Source of the DNA: Candidatus Altiarchaeota archaeon | Lineage (GTDB): Archaea; Altiarchaeota; Altiarchaeia; IMC4; SCGC-AAA252-I15 | Direction: 5' to 3' | Assembly: GCA_043800705.1 (NCBI GenBank) | Contig: JAZDMS010000010.1 | Location: forward strand, 147,327 to 211,326 | DNA length: 64,000 nt | Shown here: piece by piece, positions 20,494-28,854 of the stretch | Numbering within the stretch: the stretch's first letter is position 1 | Layout: every line of letters begins with the position of its first letter | Translations under genes and position numbers: made by a program | The notes under the pieces: generated by a model | The model's input: the letters and a program-made list of their open reading frames with translations, nothing else | What the model was told of the DNA's origin: nothing | The model's database searches: none

Positions 20494-20982
20494 TCACTTC
20501 GCCTTCTTGGATTTAGCCTTCTCCTTGAACTTCTTCTTTGGCTTCGAAGCGGCCTTTGGCTCCTTCTTCGACTTCTTCTTCGGCTTCGACTTTGCGGATT
20601 TTACCTTCAACTTGCCCGACGTCACCTGCGACCAGAAGCCGCGCGGCAGATACTTCTCGAGCGTGAGGTCCCTATCGATCGACATGGCAGCGTACTCCGG
20701 GGAGGAAAACTTCACGTGCATGCGCGTGGAATACCTTATAAGGGAATCGAGGCATTCGGGGCACAAGACGCCGCCGTACGGCCTTTCCGGGACCTTCTGG
20801 CTGCCTGTGAGATTGCTCATCTTCGTCGCCGATCCTGTCGCGACCCCTGACATCTGCGTGCCGCATCGTCCGCAGGTCGCCCTGCCGGCCTTCTCAGCCT
20901 TGAAATGTGTTACCTTCCTGCCTCCGGGCGTAACCAGCTTGACCTTCTTCCTTGACCGTGTCCTTAAACTCCTTGAAACCAT
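20494..20982 (-). CDS. rpl34e: 50S ribosomal protein eL34 with long C-terminal extension
   Basis: TPGGRKVTH, CGRCG, PERPYGGVLCPEC; synteny adk-DUF106-rpl34e-cmk. Confidence 0.93.
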   Translation of the reverse strand: MVSRSLRTRSRKKVKLVTPGGRKVTHFKAEKAGRATCGRCGTQMSGVATGSATKMSNLTGSQKVPERPYGGVLCPECLDSLIRYSTRMHVKFSSPEYAAMSIDRDLTLEKYLPRGFWSQVTSGKLKVKSAKSKPKKKSKKEPKAASKPKKKFKEKAKSKKAK

Positions 20983-20991
20983 TTTAACCTC

Positions 20992-21801
20992 CTAGGTGAT
21001 ACCGAATATTTTGTTTAATATCATAGAAGATACGAAACTGCATAATATATACCACCTCAGCCAGCCGAGGCCGACCCCGAAGACTGTGGTCACATAGTAA
21101 GGATTCCGGTTCTCGTACGCCAGATCGTAGGATACTACTGAGCCCTCCACCCTGATGTTCTCCTTCTTTACCGTGAGATCAGCGTTCGGGTCATCGGTCC
21201 TTGCTGAGCTGAATTCCTGGATCGACCCGTTCACGTAATATGATACGTAGTCGGCGGTAAGTTCCGATCTCACAGCGCTTGGGGCGTTTTTGAACGTCAG
21301 ATTGACCCTGACGATGCCGTCACCATACCAGCCGAACCTCTCCCACTCCCAGGGATAGGTGAGGTTGCCGAAAACCCAGACGACGGAGCCGTCACGGATG
21401 GAATGGTTCAACTGCGGGATGCTGGAGACATCAGCCACCTCGGCCCCTTCAGGGATCGGGTCGACGACCAAAACGTTATGGATGTTTCCGATGTCGTTGT
21501 ATTGGGCCCCCATCCAGCTGAACACGATGAGGAACGGGATCATGGTGAAGATCATAGGCTTCATGTTGTGCCTCATCTGGTCGCTCATGACCGACATCAT
21601 GCTCTCCTGGTGCTTCTGCACGCCCTTCATGTCCTTGTTCTTCTGGGCCTGCTTCATCTGCTCCTGGTGGTATCTTATCTGCTCCTTGTGCTCCTTGACC
21701 TTTTCCTTGTCGAGGACAAGATGGCGGACGAGGGTGCTCAGGAACGTCATCCCCACCGTTATGGCGCCGATGATCGCACCGGCAGATGTGATATCAAGCA
21801 C
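20992..21801 (-). CDS. DUF106/EMC3-TMCO1 (Oxa1 superfamily) membrane insertase
   Basis: TM1, coiled coil, MKPMIFTMIP, C-terminal GWLRWYILCSF; position between adk and rpl34e. Confidence 0.88.
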   Translation of the reverse strand: MLDITSAGAIIGAITVGMTFLSTLVRHLVLDKEKVKEHKEQIRYHQEQMKQAQKNKDMKGVQKHQESMMSVMSDQMRHNMKPMIFTMIPFLIVFSWMGAQYNDIGNIHNVLVVDPIPEGAEVADVSSIPQLNHSIRDGSVVWVFGNLTYPWEWERFGWYGDGIVRVNLTFKNAPSAVRSELTADYVSYYVNGSIQEFSSARTDDPNADLTVKKENIRVEGSVVSYDLAYENRNPYYVTTVFGVGLGWLRWYILCSFVSSMILNKIFGIT

Positions 21802-22381
21802 TTAGAACCCCCAATAGAGTCTCGGCAGCCTGCGGCAGCGTCCCCTCAGGCTTCCAGATTATCTTGATCGGCGTGCCTGTGAGGACTGAATATGCCATGG
21901 ATATGCTCCTGTTGACGCTCTGATGCCTCTCGATGCCCTCGAGGTTGTCGACCTCGCGCCTCCTGAAATCGTTGCCGATGTCCTTCTTCCTGAACTTGTT
22001 GATGTCTTCGGGCCTGCTTTCCAATACGACTATGACGTCCGGCTTCAGCTCCCTCAGGACCCACTCGGGCATGCCGGGTATGTACCCCCTCGGCGTCTCG
22101 ATCGCCGCATGGGTGTCCAATATGATCCTCTTCTTGTCCGCGAGCCTGCGTATCTCCTTCGCCGCGCCCTTCTGGATCTCGTGCTGCTTCTCGATCGGCA
22201 GATGCCTCATCTCGTCGCGGTGCTTGACGAGGCCCTTCTCCGTCGCCGACTTCAGCATCATGTCGCCGAAGTTGACCATCTCATAATCCACGCTCTTGCC
22301 CTGCTCCCTCCCGATCTCGAAAGACTTCTTCACGACCGTGGACTTTCCCACGCCCGGAACGCCTGTCATGACAACCAACAT
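21794..22381 (-). CDS. adkA: archaeal adenylate kinase
   Basis: TGVPGVGKST, NFGDMM, HRDEMR, DTHAAIETPRGYIPGMP; start set at ATG 22381. Confidence 0.93.
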   Translation of the reverse strand: MLVVMTGVPGVGKSTVVKKSFEIGREQGKSVDYEMVNFGDMMLKSATEKGLVKHRDEMRHLPIEKQHEIQKGAAKEIRRLADKKRIILDTHAAIETPRGYIPGMPEWVLRELKPDVIVVLESRPEDINKFRKKDIGNDFRRREVDNLEGIERHQSVNRSISMAYSVLTGTPIKIIWKPEGTLPQAAETLLGVLSA

Positions 22382-22467
22382 CCAAAACACCTCAGAAAAT
22401 AATTCAGAATATATGGAATCTGCGTATAAAAAAAGGGATAAGGGGCTAAAAAGCCCCAAAACGACAG

Positions 22468-22935
22468 CTAAGGCGTTACGAACTTCCTGTTGACGTCCAT
22501 TATGAGGCTGTCGCAGTCCTGCTTGATCTTCTCCAGGTTGGCCACGATCCGCGTCTTCTCCTGCTCTACGGAGTCGATCATCTCATAGGCCTCGATGGCG
22601 GTCTTGAAATCGTCTATCTCCACCATCGTATACTCGCTCTGGTTCATCTTCCTAGCGACCTTCCTGCACAGGGACTCGAGCCAGACATTCATGCCCTCCT
22701 TGACCCTGCGCCTGATCATCTTGTCACCGTCCATCTCCTGCTTCATGAGACGCACGATCGGCGCCATCGGGAAGACGTACTTCGCCTCATCCTCCGGCGA
22801 GAACTCCTCCTCTTCGACGGGAGCCTGTGCCGCGACAGGCGCTTGAGCGGGAGCCTTCTCCTCGTCTACTCCCTGCTTTTCTTCAACTTTCTCATCTAAA
22901 TCTTCGACCGCAGCATCTTTTTTCTTCCTTGACAT
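22468..22935 (-). CDS. histone-fold protein (NF-YB/HMf-like) with acidic N-terminal tail and C-terminal coiled coil
   Basis: FPMAPIVRLMK...MIRRRVKEGMNVWLESLCRKVA...TMVEIDDFKTA follows the histone-fold pattern (compare IPVAPMVRILK...TVKAEDIRLA at 27399..27602). Confidence 0.75.
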   Translation of the reverse strand: MSRKKKDAAVEDLDEKVEEKQGVDEEKAPAQAPVAAQAPVEEEEFSPEDEAKYVFPMAPIVRLMKQEMDGDKMIRRRVKEGMNVWLESLCRKVARKMNQSEYTMVEIDDFKTAIEAYEMIDSVEQEKTRIVANLEKIKQDCDSLIMDVNRKFVTP

Positions 22936-23169
22936 TTTTCAATCACACATTAACGCAATAGGGCACCGAAAACGATCCTCTAATCGGCAGGCATTTTGTC
23001 TAAAACACCCAGACCCTCCACCCTAAAAACTACCAATAATATTACAAAAACGACAATAAAAACGCCAAAAAACGCACATTTTTAACCCAATACGCCACTA
23101 TATATGACTCAAACGCGTACTAGCGGTTGCAAGCCACAAAACGCCCAAAAAAGCCGAAAAAACACCGAT

Positions 23170-23300
23170 TAAAATCCAATCCACCTAGTAAAAATCCAGA
23201 CTCCAAGACTGGGGACAGAAGACCACCAACGCGGGGGTCCAAGCGGCTTCGCCGCAGGATCCCAGGCCTTCGGCCCCGAATCGCCAAGCCTGGTTAGGAA
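23170..23300 (+). pseudogene. degenerate duplicate of the tRNA-Cys upstream region and 5' half, with an inserted hairpin and no anticodon
   Basis: AAAATCCAAT.CACCTAGT.AAAAA is repeated at about 23170 and 23370. GCGGGGGTC (23231) and TCGCCAAGCCTGGTTAGG-AATCGCC----GAGC (23281-23309) match the tRNA at 23434. Confidence 0.7.
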
Positions 23301-23433
23301 TCGCCGAGCCCTTTCTTTCTGAAGAGAGAAAGTGTTTCACCCCAAAGAAAGAGGAATCTTTCGCGCATAAAAATCCAATTCACCTAGTTAAAAAACACAG
23401 GACCGAAGACCGAGGACCGAAGACCCTATACAT

Positions 23434-23506
23434 GCGGGGGTCGCCAAGCCTGGTTAGGCAATCGCCTGCAGAGCGATTAACGGGAGTTCAAATCTCTCCC
23501 CCCGCT
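23434..23506 (+). tRNA. tRNA-Cys (GCA)
   Basis: Acceptor GCGGGGG/CCCCCGC, D arm GCC...GGC, anticodon arm ATCGC-CTGCAGA-GCGAT, T arm GGGAG-TTCAAAT-CTCTC, U73 discriminator typical of tRNA-Cys; CCA not encoded. Confidence 0.93.
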
Positions 23507-23575
23507 AACATTTTTCTTATTTTTGTTTTGATATGTATCTCTCCTTTTAATGGCATATTCCATATTCTTGAGGAG

Positions 23576-25978
23576 ATGGCCGACAACCAGTATGATCCGA
23601 GGGTTTCCGAGCCCAGGTGGCAGAGGTTCTGGGAGGACGAGGGAGTCTACCGCTTCGACCCCGACAGCGGCGCCGAAGTCTACTCAGTCGACACGCCTCC
23701 GCCGACGGTGTCGGGGAAGATGCACCTCGGCCATGCGTTCAGCTACAGCCAGCAGGATTTCATCGTCAGGTACAAGCGGATGAGGGGGTACAATATATTC
23801 TACCCGTTCGGCACCGACGACAACGGCATCCCCACGGAGAGGCTCGTTGAGAAGGAGAAGAAGGTCAGGGCCCGCGACATGGACCGGCAGGCGTTCGTTA
23901 AGCTCTGCATGAAGACCCTTGAAGAGGAGCTGAGGCCCAAGTACATAGCGGACTGGAAGAGGATCGGGATGAGCTGCGACTGGAGGATTTTCTACACCAC
24001 CATCAACACGCACTGCCAGAGGATCTCGCAGAAGTCGTTCATCGACCTGTACCGGGCGGGCCGCGAATACCGCAAGGATGCGCCGACGATGTGGTGCCCC
24101 GAATGCCAGACCGGGATAAGCCAGGTCGAATGCCAGGACAAGGAACTGGATTCGAACTTCAACGACATCGTGTTCACGGTCGGCGGCAAGAGCCTGCTCA
24201 TCGCGACGACGAGGCCGGAGCTCCTGCCGGCGTGCGTCGCCATATTCTACCACCCCGAAGACGAGAGATACGCCGGATACAAGGGCAGGACGGCGAAGGT
24301 CCCGCTGTTCGATTTCGAGGTTCCTATATTGCCTGACGAGCGTGCCGACCCGGCGAAGGGGACGGGCATCGTCATGTGCTGTACCTTCGGCGACCAGACC
24401 GACATGGAATGGCAGAAGGCGCACAATCTGCCGATAAAGGTCGTAATCTCCCCTAACGGGAAGTTGACTAAGCTCGCGGGAAAATACGGGGGCCTGAAGG
24501 TGTCAGAGGCCAGGCGCGCCATAATTGATGATCTTAAGGCTGCGGGGCTCCTTGTGGGGCAGAAGCCGATTAAGCACATGGTAAACGTCCACGAGCGCTG
24601 CGGGACCGAGATAGAGTACCTCAAGAGCAAGCAGTGGTTCATCAGGTACCTAGACCTCAAGGACGAGATGCTCGAATGGGGGCAAGAGCTGAACTGGTTC
24701 CCCGACCATATGCGGCACAGGTTCAACCACTGGGTCAACGGCCTCCAATGGGACTGGCTCATATCGAGGCAGAGGTACTTCGGCGTCCCCTTCCCCGTCT
24801 GGTACTGCGAAAAATGCGACGAGATAATCCTGGCGGACGAAAAAGACCTGCCAGTCGACCCGATAGTGAGCCAGCCGCCCATAAAAAAGTGCCCCAAATG
24901 CGGCCACGACAAATTCGTGCCGGAGAAGGACATCCTCGACACGTGGGCAACGTCTTCGCTCACTCCCCACCTGTCATGCGACCAGTTCAAGGACAAGCCC
25001 ATATACGAGCGGATTTACCCGATGAGCCTGAGGCCGCAGGCCCACGACATAATCACGTTCTGGCTCTTCAACACCGTCGTCAAGTCGAGGCTCCACGACG
25101 GGGTAAATCCGTGGAAGGACGTGGTCATATCAGGGCACGCCCAGGACCCCCATGGGAGGAAGATGAGCAAGAGCAAGGGCAACGTCGTCGAGCCGCAGGT
25201 GATGATAGAAAAGTATTCCGCGGATGCGCTCAGGTTCTGGGCTGCAGGCTGCAAGCTGGGGGAGGACCTGCCCTTCAGCGAGAAGGACCTCGTCACTGGG
25301 ATGAAGTTCACGACGAAGATCTGGAACGCGTCGAAGTTCGTGTTCATGCACCTTGAGGATTTCGACGGGTCGGAACCGAAGGAGCTTGAGGACGCCGACC
25401 GGTGGATTCTCACGAAGCTTTCGAGGATCGTCAAGGGGTCGACTGAGGCGTTCGACGGCTACGAGTATTCGCGGACGAAGGCGGAGGTCGAGAAGTTCTT
25501 CTGGCAGACGTTCTGCGACTACTACCTGGAGATCGTGAAGGAGCGCCTCTACAAGCCCGACAAGCGGGGCGTACAGTCTAGGAAGGCTGCGCAGTATACG
25601 CTGTACCAGTGCCTCCTCGCGATTGTGAAGATGATGGCGCCGATAATGCCCCACATCACCGAGGAACTATATCAGATCCATTTCAGGGCTAAGGAGGCTG
25701 CGAAGTCCGTACACAACGCGGAATGGCCGAAGGCTTCGGTCTTGGACGAGGCTGCGGAGCGGAAGGGGGACCTCCTGGTCGAGGCCATCGCACAGGCGAG
25801 GAAGCGTAAATCTGACATGAAGATATCGATAGCAAAGGACGTCGATAAGGCCGTGATACGCGCCAAATCCGGTGATCTGGAGCTGTTGAAGTCCATGGAG
25901 GCCGATTTCAAGGGGACTGCGAAGGTCCTGTCAGTGGAATACGCGGCCGCGGAGCAGGTATCCGTTGAACTGTCTTAA
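23576..25978 (+). CDS. valS: valine--tRNA ligase (archaeal type)
   Basis: DTPPPTVSGKMHLGH, ATTRPEL, DWLISRQRYFG, KMSKSKGN; GAGGAG RBS before ATG 23576. Confidence 0.96.
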   Translation: MADNQYDPRVSEPRWQRFWEDEGVYRFDPDSGAEVYSVDTPPPTVSGKMHLGHAFSYSQQDFIVRYKRMRGYNIFYPFGTDDNGIPTERLVEKEKKVRARDMDRQAFVKLCMKTLEEELRPKYIADWKRIGMSCDWRIFYTTINTHCQRISQKSFIDLYRAGREYRKDAPTMWCPECQTGISQVECQDKELDSNFNDIVFTVGGKSLLIATTRPELLPACVAIFYHPEDERYAGYKGRTAKVPLFDFEVPILPDERADPAKGTGIVMCCTFGDQTDMEWQKAHNLPIKVVISPNGKLTKLAGKYGGLKVSEARRAIIDDLKAAGLLVGQKPIKHMVNVHERCGTEIEYLKSKQWFIRYLDLKDEMLEWGQELNWFPDHMRHRFNHWVNGLQWDWLISRQRYFGVPFPVWYCEKCDEIILADEKDLPVDPIVSQPPIKKCPKCGHDKFVPEKDILDTWATSSLTPHLSCDQFKDKPIYERIYPMSLRPQAHDIITFWLFNTVVKSRLHDGVNPWKDVVISGHAQDPHGRKMSKSKGNVVEPQVMIEKYSADALRFWAAGCKLGEDLPFSEKDLVTGMKFTTKIWNASKFVFMHLEDFDGSEPKELEDADRWILTKLSRIVKGSTEAFDGYEYSRTKAEVEKFFWQTFCDYYLEIVKERLYKPDKRGVQSRKAAQYTLYQCLLAIVKMMAPIMPHITEELYQIHFRAKEAAKSVHNAEWPKASVLDEAAERKGDLLVEAIAQARKRKSDMKISIAKDVDKAVIRAKSGDLELLKSMEADFKGTAKVLSVEYAAAEQVSVELS

Positions 25979-26020
25979 CTGCATGTTTTATTTCACGCCT
26001 GCGCATATCTAAACTAAATA

Positions 26021-27250
26021 ATGGATGCGATAGTCCTGGCTGCCGGCGAAGGGGTGCGTCTGAGGCCTTTGACGAGCACGAAGCCTAAGCCGATGCTGCC
26101 TGTCGTCGGCAAGCCTATTCTGGAGTGGGACCTGGAGGCCCTTGACTGTGTGGGTGTCAAGAACGTCTATGTCATCGTCGGATACAAGGCGGACGCCATC
26201 AGGAAGCATTTCGGCGACAGGTTCAGGGGCATGCGGCTTCATTACCTTACCCAGGATCAGCAGCTTGGCACCGGCGACGCCGTCTCAAAAGCGAAGGGCA
26301 TGGTCAAGGGCGAATTCATCGTCATGAACGGCGACCTCTTCATCACCAGGTCGTTCATCATGGAGCTCGTGAAGAGCCACCGGCGGAAGAAGGCCGGGAA
26401 TTCGATGTCTCTCGTGCGTGTGAAGGAGCCGCAGAACTTCGGGATTGTCGAGCTGAAGGGTTCGAAGGTCTCCTCTCTCGAGGAGAAGCCTGCGATGCCC
26501 AAAAGCAACCTGGCCAATGCGGGCGTGTACATATTCGATCAGGGGATATTCGACATGCTTCAGAATATCCAGCGCTCTCCGAGGGGAGAATATGAGCTCA
26601 CCGATGCGATTAAGATGCTGATCAGGGACGGACAGGTCAACGGCTGCGAGTGCGAGGCCGGGCAGTGGATAGATATCGGCCTACCCTGGAACCTCCTGGA
26701 CGCAAACGAGATAGTCATGGGCGTCGTCGACCTCAAAAGGAGCAGGAAGGCGAAGATCGAGAAATACGCGGTATTGAAGGGAGACGTCGCGGTCGGCGAC
26801 GGGACAATCATCAAATCCGGCGCCTACATCGAAGGGCCGGTCTACATCGGGAAGGACTGCGTCATCGGCCCCAACTGTTTTGTGAGGGCATATTCCGTTA
26901 TAATGGACGGCTGCAAGGTCGGCAACGCGGTAGAGGTGAAAAACAGCATCCTCATGAAGGGCACACACGTAGGCCACCTGAGCTACGTCGGGGACAGCAT
27001 CATCGGCGAAAAATGCAACTTTGGTGCGGGGACGCTGGTCGCCAACCTCCGCTTCGACGACGGCGAGGTCAGGATCGAAGTCAAGAACAAGATGGTCCAG
27101 TGCGGCAGGAGGAAGTTCGGCTGCATAATGGGGGACGGCGTAAAGACCGGTATTAACGTAAGCATACTCCCCGGCAGGAGCATCTACCCGGGCGCATACG
27201 TCGATGCCGGATCGTTAGTCAAGGACACGATATACTCCGAACAGACATGA
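26021..27250 (+). CDS. glmU: bifunctional sugar-1-phosphate nucleotidyltransferase/acetyltransferase (archaeal GlmU-like)
   Basis: LAAGEGVRLRPLT..KPKPM, EEKP, RGEYELTD, hexapeptide repeats, HLSYVGDS, NFGAGT. Confidence 0.9.
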   Translation: MDAIVLAAGEGVRLRPLTSTKPKPMLPVVGKPILEWDLEALDCVGVKNVYVIVGYKADAIRKHFGDRFRGMRLHYLTQDQQLGTGDAVSKAKGMVKGEFIVMNGDLFITRSFIMELVKSHRRKKAGNSMSLVRVKEPQNFGIVELKGSKVSSLEEKPAMPKSNLANAGVYIFDQGIFDMLQNIQRSPRGEYELTDAIKMLIRDGQVNGCECEAGQWIDIGLPWNLLDANEIVMGVVDLKRSRKAKIEKYAVLKGDVAVGDGTIIKSGAYIEGPVYIGKDCVIGPNCFVRAYSVIMDGCKVGNAVEVKNSILMKGTHVGHLSYVGDSIIGEKCNFGAGTLVANLRFDDGEVRIEVKNKMVQCGRRKFGCIMGDGVKTGINVSILPGRSIYPGAYVDAGSLVKDTIYSEQT

Positions 27251-27398
27251 GGTCTCCAGTCCTCGGTTTTCAGGCTTGACCGAAGACCGTGGACTTCCGA
27301 GAACCGAAGACGGGAAACCGGAGACTTCTGAAAACCGTGAACTGAAGACCGTAGACGGGAGACCGAAGACAGGAAACCGAAAACCGTGAACTGAAAAC
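27251..27398. repeat. degenerate heptamer (GACCGAA-type) repeat with inverted short arm, between convergent genes
   Basis: GTCTCCA-GTCCTCG-GTTTTCA followed by many GACCGAA/AACCGAA/GACCGTA/AACTGAA units. Confidence 0.85.
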
Positions 27399-27602
27399 CT
27401 ACTTCTCTCGGGCAAGCCTGATGTCTTCCGCCTTCACGGTGACCCTTCCCGCGTGCCTGGCCAGCTGGGCGGCGCGTTCGGCGACTTCGAGGCCGTACTC
27501 CTCCAGGACGTCCCTCAATGCAACAGCCGCATCGTCGCCGACCCTGTCGATGTTGGCCTTCTTGAGTATCCGCACCATCGGCGCGACGGGTATCTCTGCC
27601 AT
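27399..27602 (-). CDS. archaeal histone (HMfA/HMfB family)
   Basis: MAEIPVAPMVRILKKANIDRVGDDAAVAL...ARHAGRVTVKAEDIRLA. Confidence 0.96.
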   Translation of the reverse strand: MAEIPVAPMVRILKKANIDRVGDDAAVALRDVLEEYGLEVAERAAQLARHAGRVTVKAEDIRLAREK

Positions 27603-27655
27603 ATAAGCTATTGTCCTTCGTCGCTTTTATATGCCGGGGACTAATTAAAACTTCG

Positions 27656-28477
27656 ATGATAAGGAGTCCTGCCGTGGCCGGGCAGTTCTATTCCGGCAGC
27701 GTTTCGGGCCTGAAGGAGCAGGTAGAAGGCTGCCTGGAGGATGTGAAGGACAAGGTCCCGGCCCTGGGGGTCGTATGCCCCCATGCGGGGCTCATGTATT
27801 CCGGGAAGGTCGCCGGCGCCGTCTATTCGAGGATTCGGATGCCGGACACGTTCGTCATGCTCGGGCCGAACCATTTCGGCCTCGGACCCGATTACAGCAT
27901 CATGACCGACGGCATCTGGCGTATGCCTTTCGGCGACGTCAGGGTCGATCCCATCGTCGCCAAGGAGGTGTTCAGGCATTCCAGGCACCTGGAGGAGGAC
28001 ATGTTCGCGCAGGAGCGGGAGCACAGCCTCGAGGTCCAGCTGCCTTTCATGCAGCATTTCAGCAGGGATTTCCAGATCGTCCCCCTCTGCCTGAGGCACT
28101 ATGAGCCCGATGACGGATTCCTTCGGGTCTGCGAGGAGATAGGGCACGACATAGCATCGGCGCTCAAGGCGCTGAAGTGCAGCTGCACAATCGTCGCAAG
28201 CTCCGACCTGACCCATTATCAGTCCCGGGAGGTAGCAAACGAGAACGACATGGCGGCATTGGATGCCGTCGCAGCCTTGGATGCGAAACGGCTTTTCAGG
28301 GAGGTCAGGGAAAGGGAGATATCCATGTGCGGATATGCCCCCGTCGCTGCGATGCTGACGGCGTGCCGGGACCTCGGCGCCAGGAAGGCCGAGTTGGTGA
28401 AGTACCTCACATCCGGGGATGTGACCGGGGACTATGGGCAGGTCGTCGGATACGGCGGCATGATAGTCCGAAAATAG
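27656..28477 (+). CDS. amrB: MEMO1 family protein (AmmeMemoRadiSam system protein B)
   Basis: RSPAVAGQFY, PHAGLMYSG, GPNH, EHSLEVQLPF, ASSDLTHY, SMCG, TSGDVTGD..VVGY. Confidence 0.94.
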   Translation: MIRSPAVAGQFYSGSVSGLKEQVEGCLEDVKDKVPALGVVCPHAGLMYSGKVAGAVYSRIRMPDTFVMLGPNHFGLGPDYSIMTDGIWRMPFGDVRVDPIVAKEVFRHSRHLEEDMFAQEREHSLEVQLPFMQHFSRDFQIVPLCLRHYEPDDGFLRVCEEIGHDIASALKALKCSCTIVASSDLTHYQSREVANENDMAALDAVAALDAKRLFREVREREISMCGYAPVAAMLTACRDLGARKAELVKYLTSGDVTGDYGQVVGYGGMIVRK

Positions 28478-28513
28478 CGGCATGTGTTCAGGCCCCTGGG
28501 CTGAGATAGTCTC

Positions 28514-28717
28514 CTACGGTTTGGGGTTCGGGCGGAAGAATTTTCCAATCGTGTCTGCAGAGTTGCTGAGGTTGATAAACAGGATGATTGCGAGTATCGC
28601 GCCCGCGACGGCGAACCAGAGGTTCTGCCTGGATACTGGATCCATCTCGTCGTATTTCGCCTTCAGCTCGCCCAGGGATATCATGGTTGAGATATTGTCT
28701 CCAGGAATATAAATCAT
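28514..28717 (-). CDS. small single-TM membrane protein
   Basis: LWFAVAGAILAIILFINL hydrophobic segment; fills the gap divergent from the small basic ORF; start uncertain (could be 28684). Confidence 0.55.
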   Translation of the reverse strand: MIYIPGDNISTMISLGELKAKYDEMDPVSRQNLWFAVAGAILAIILFINLSNSADTIGKFFRPNPKP

Positions 28718-28760
28718 GTCTGCAGGCGATATTTATACCACTCTATTAATTATATTACCT

Positions 28761-28850
28761 ATGCCATGCGGTAGGAAAAGGAAGCTTCAGAAGATGCGCA
28801 AGCACAAGCTGAAGAAGAGAAGGAAGAAGATGCGGCACCTGAAGAAGTAG
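28761..28850 (+). CDS. 29-aa basic protein, bS22/mS38 (AURKAIP1/COX24, DUF1713)-like ribosomal protein
   Basis: Below the ORF-track cutoff; hand translation MPCGRKRKLQKMRKHKLKKRRKKMRHLKK*; AT-rich TATA-like region (TTTATA...TATTAATTATATT) just upstream. Confidence 0.8.
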   Translation: MPCGRKRKLQKMRKHKLKKRRKKMRHLKK

Positions 28851-28854
28851 GCGC

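Noticed and set aside
23231-23310. Intron-containing or split tRNA
   Set aside because: The anticodon bases are missing, no T arm or 3' acceptor follows, and no clear bulge-helix-bulge is present; treated as a degenerate duplicate.
23432-23575. N-terminal extension of valS given by the ORF track
   Set aside because: It overlaps tRNA-Cys; the real start is ATG 23576 with a GAGGAG RBS.
23434-23575. Integrated element at tRNA-Cys
   Set aside because: No integrase and no repeat of the tRNA 3' end were seen in the window; valS follows directly.
27215-27415. Small ORFs across heptamer arrays (also 38206..38682 and 53182..53415)
   Set aside because: Their translations (FRFPVFGLPSTVF...) simply reflect the 7-nt periodic repeat.
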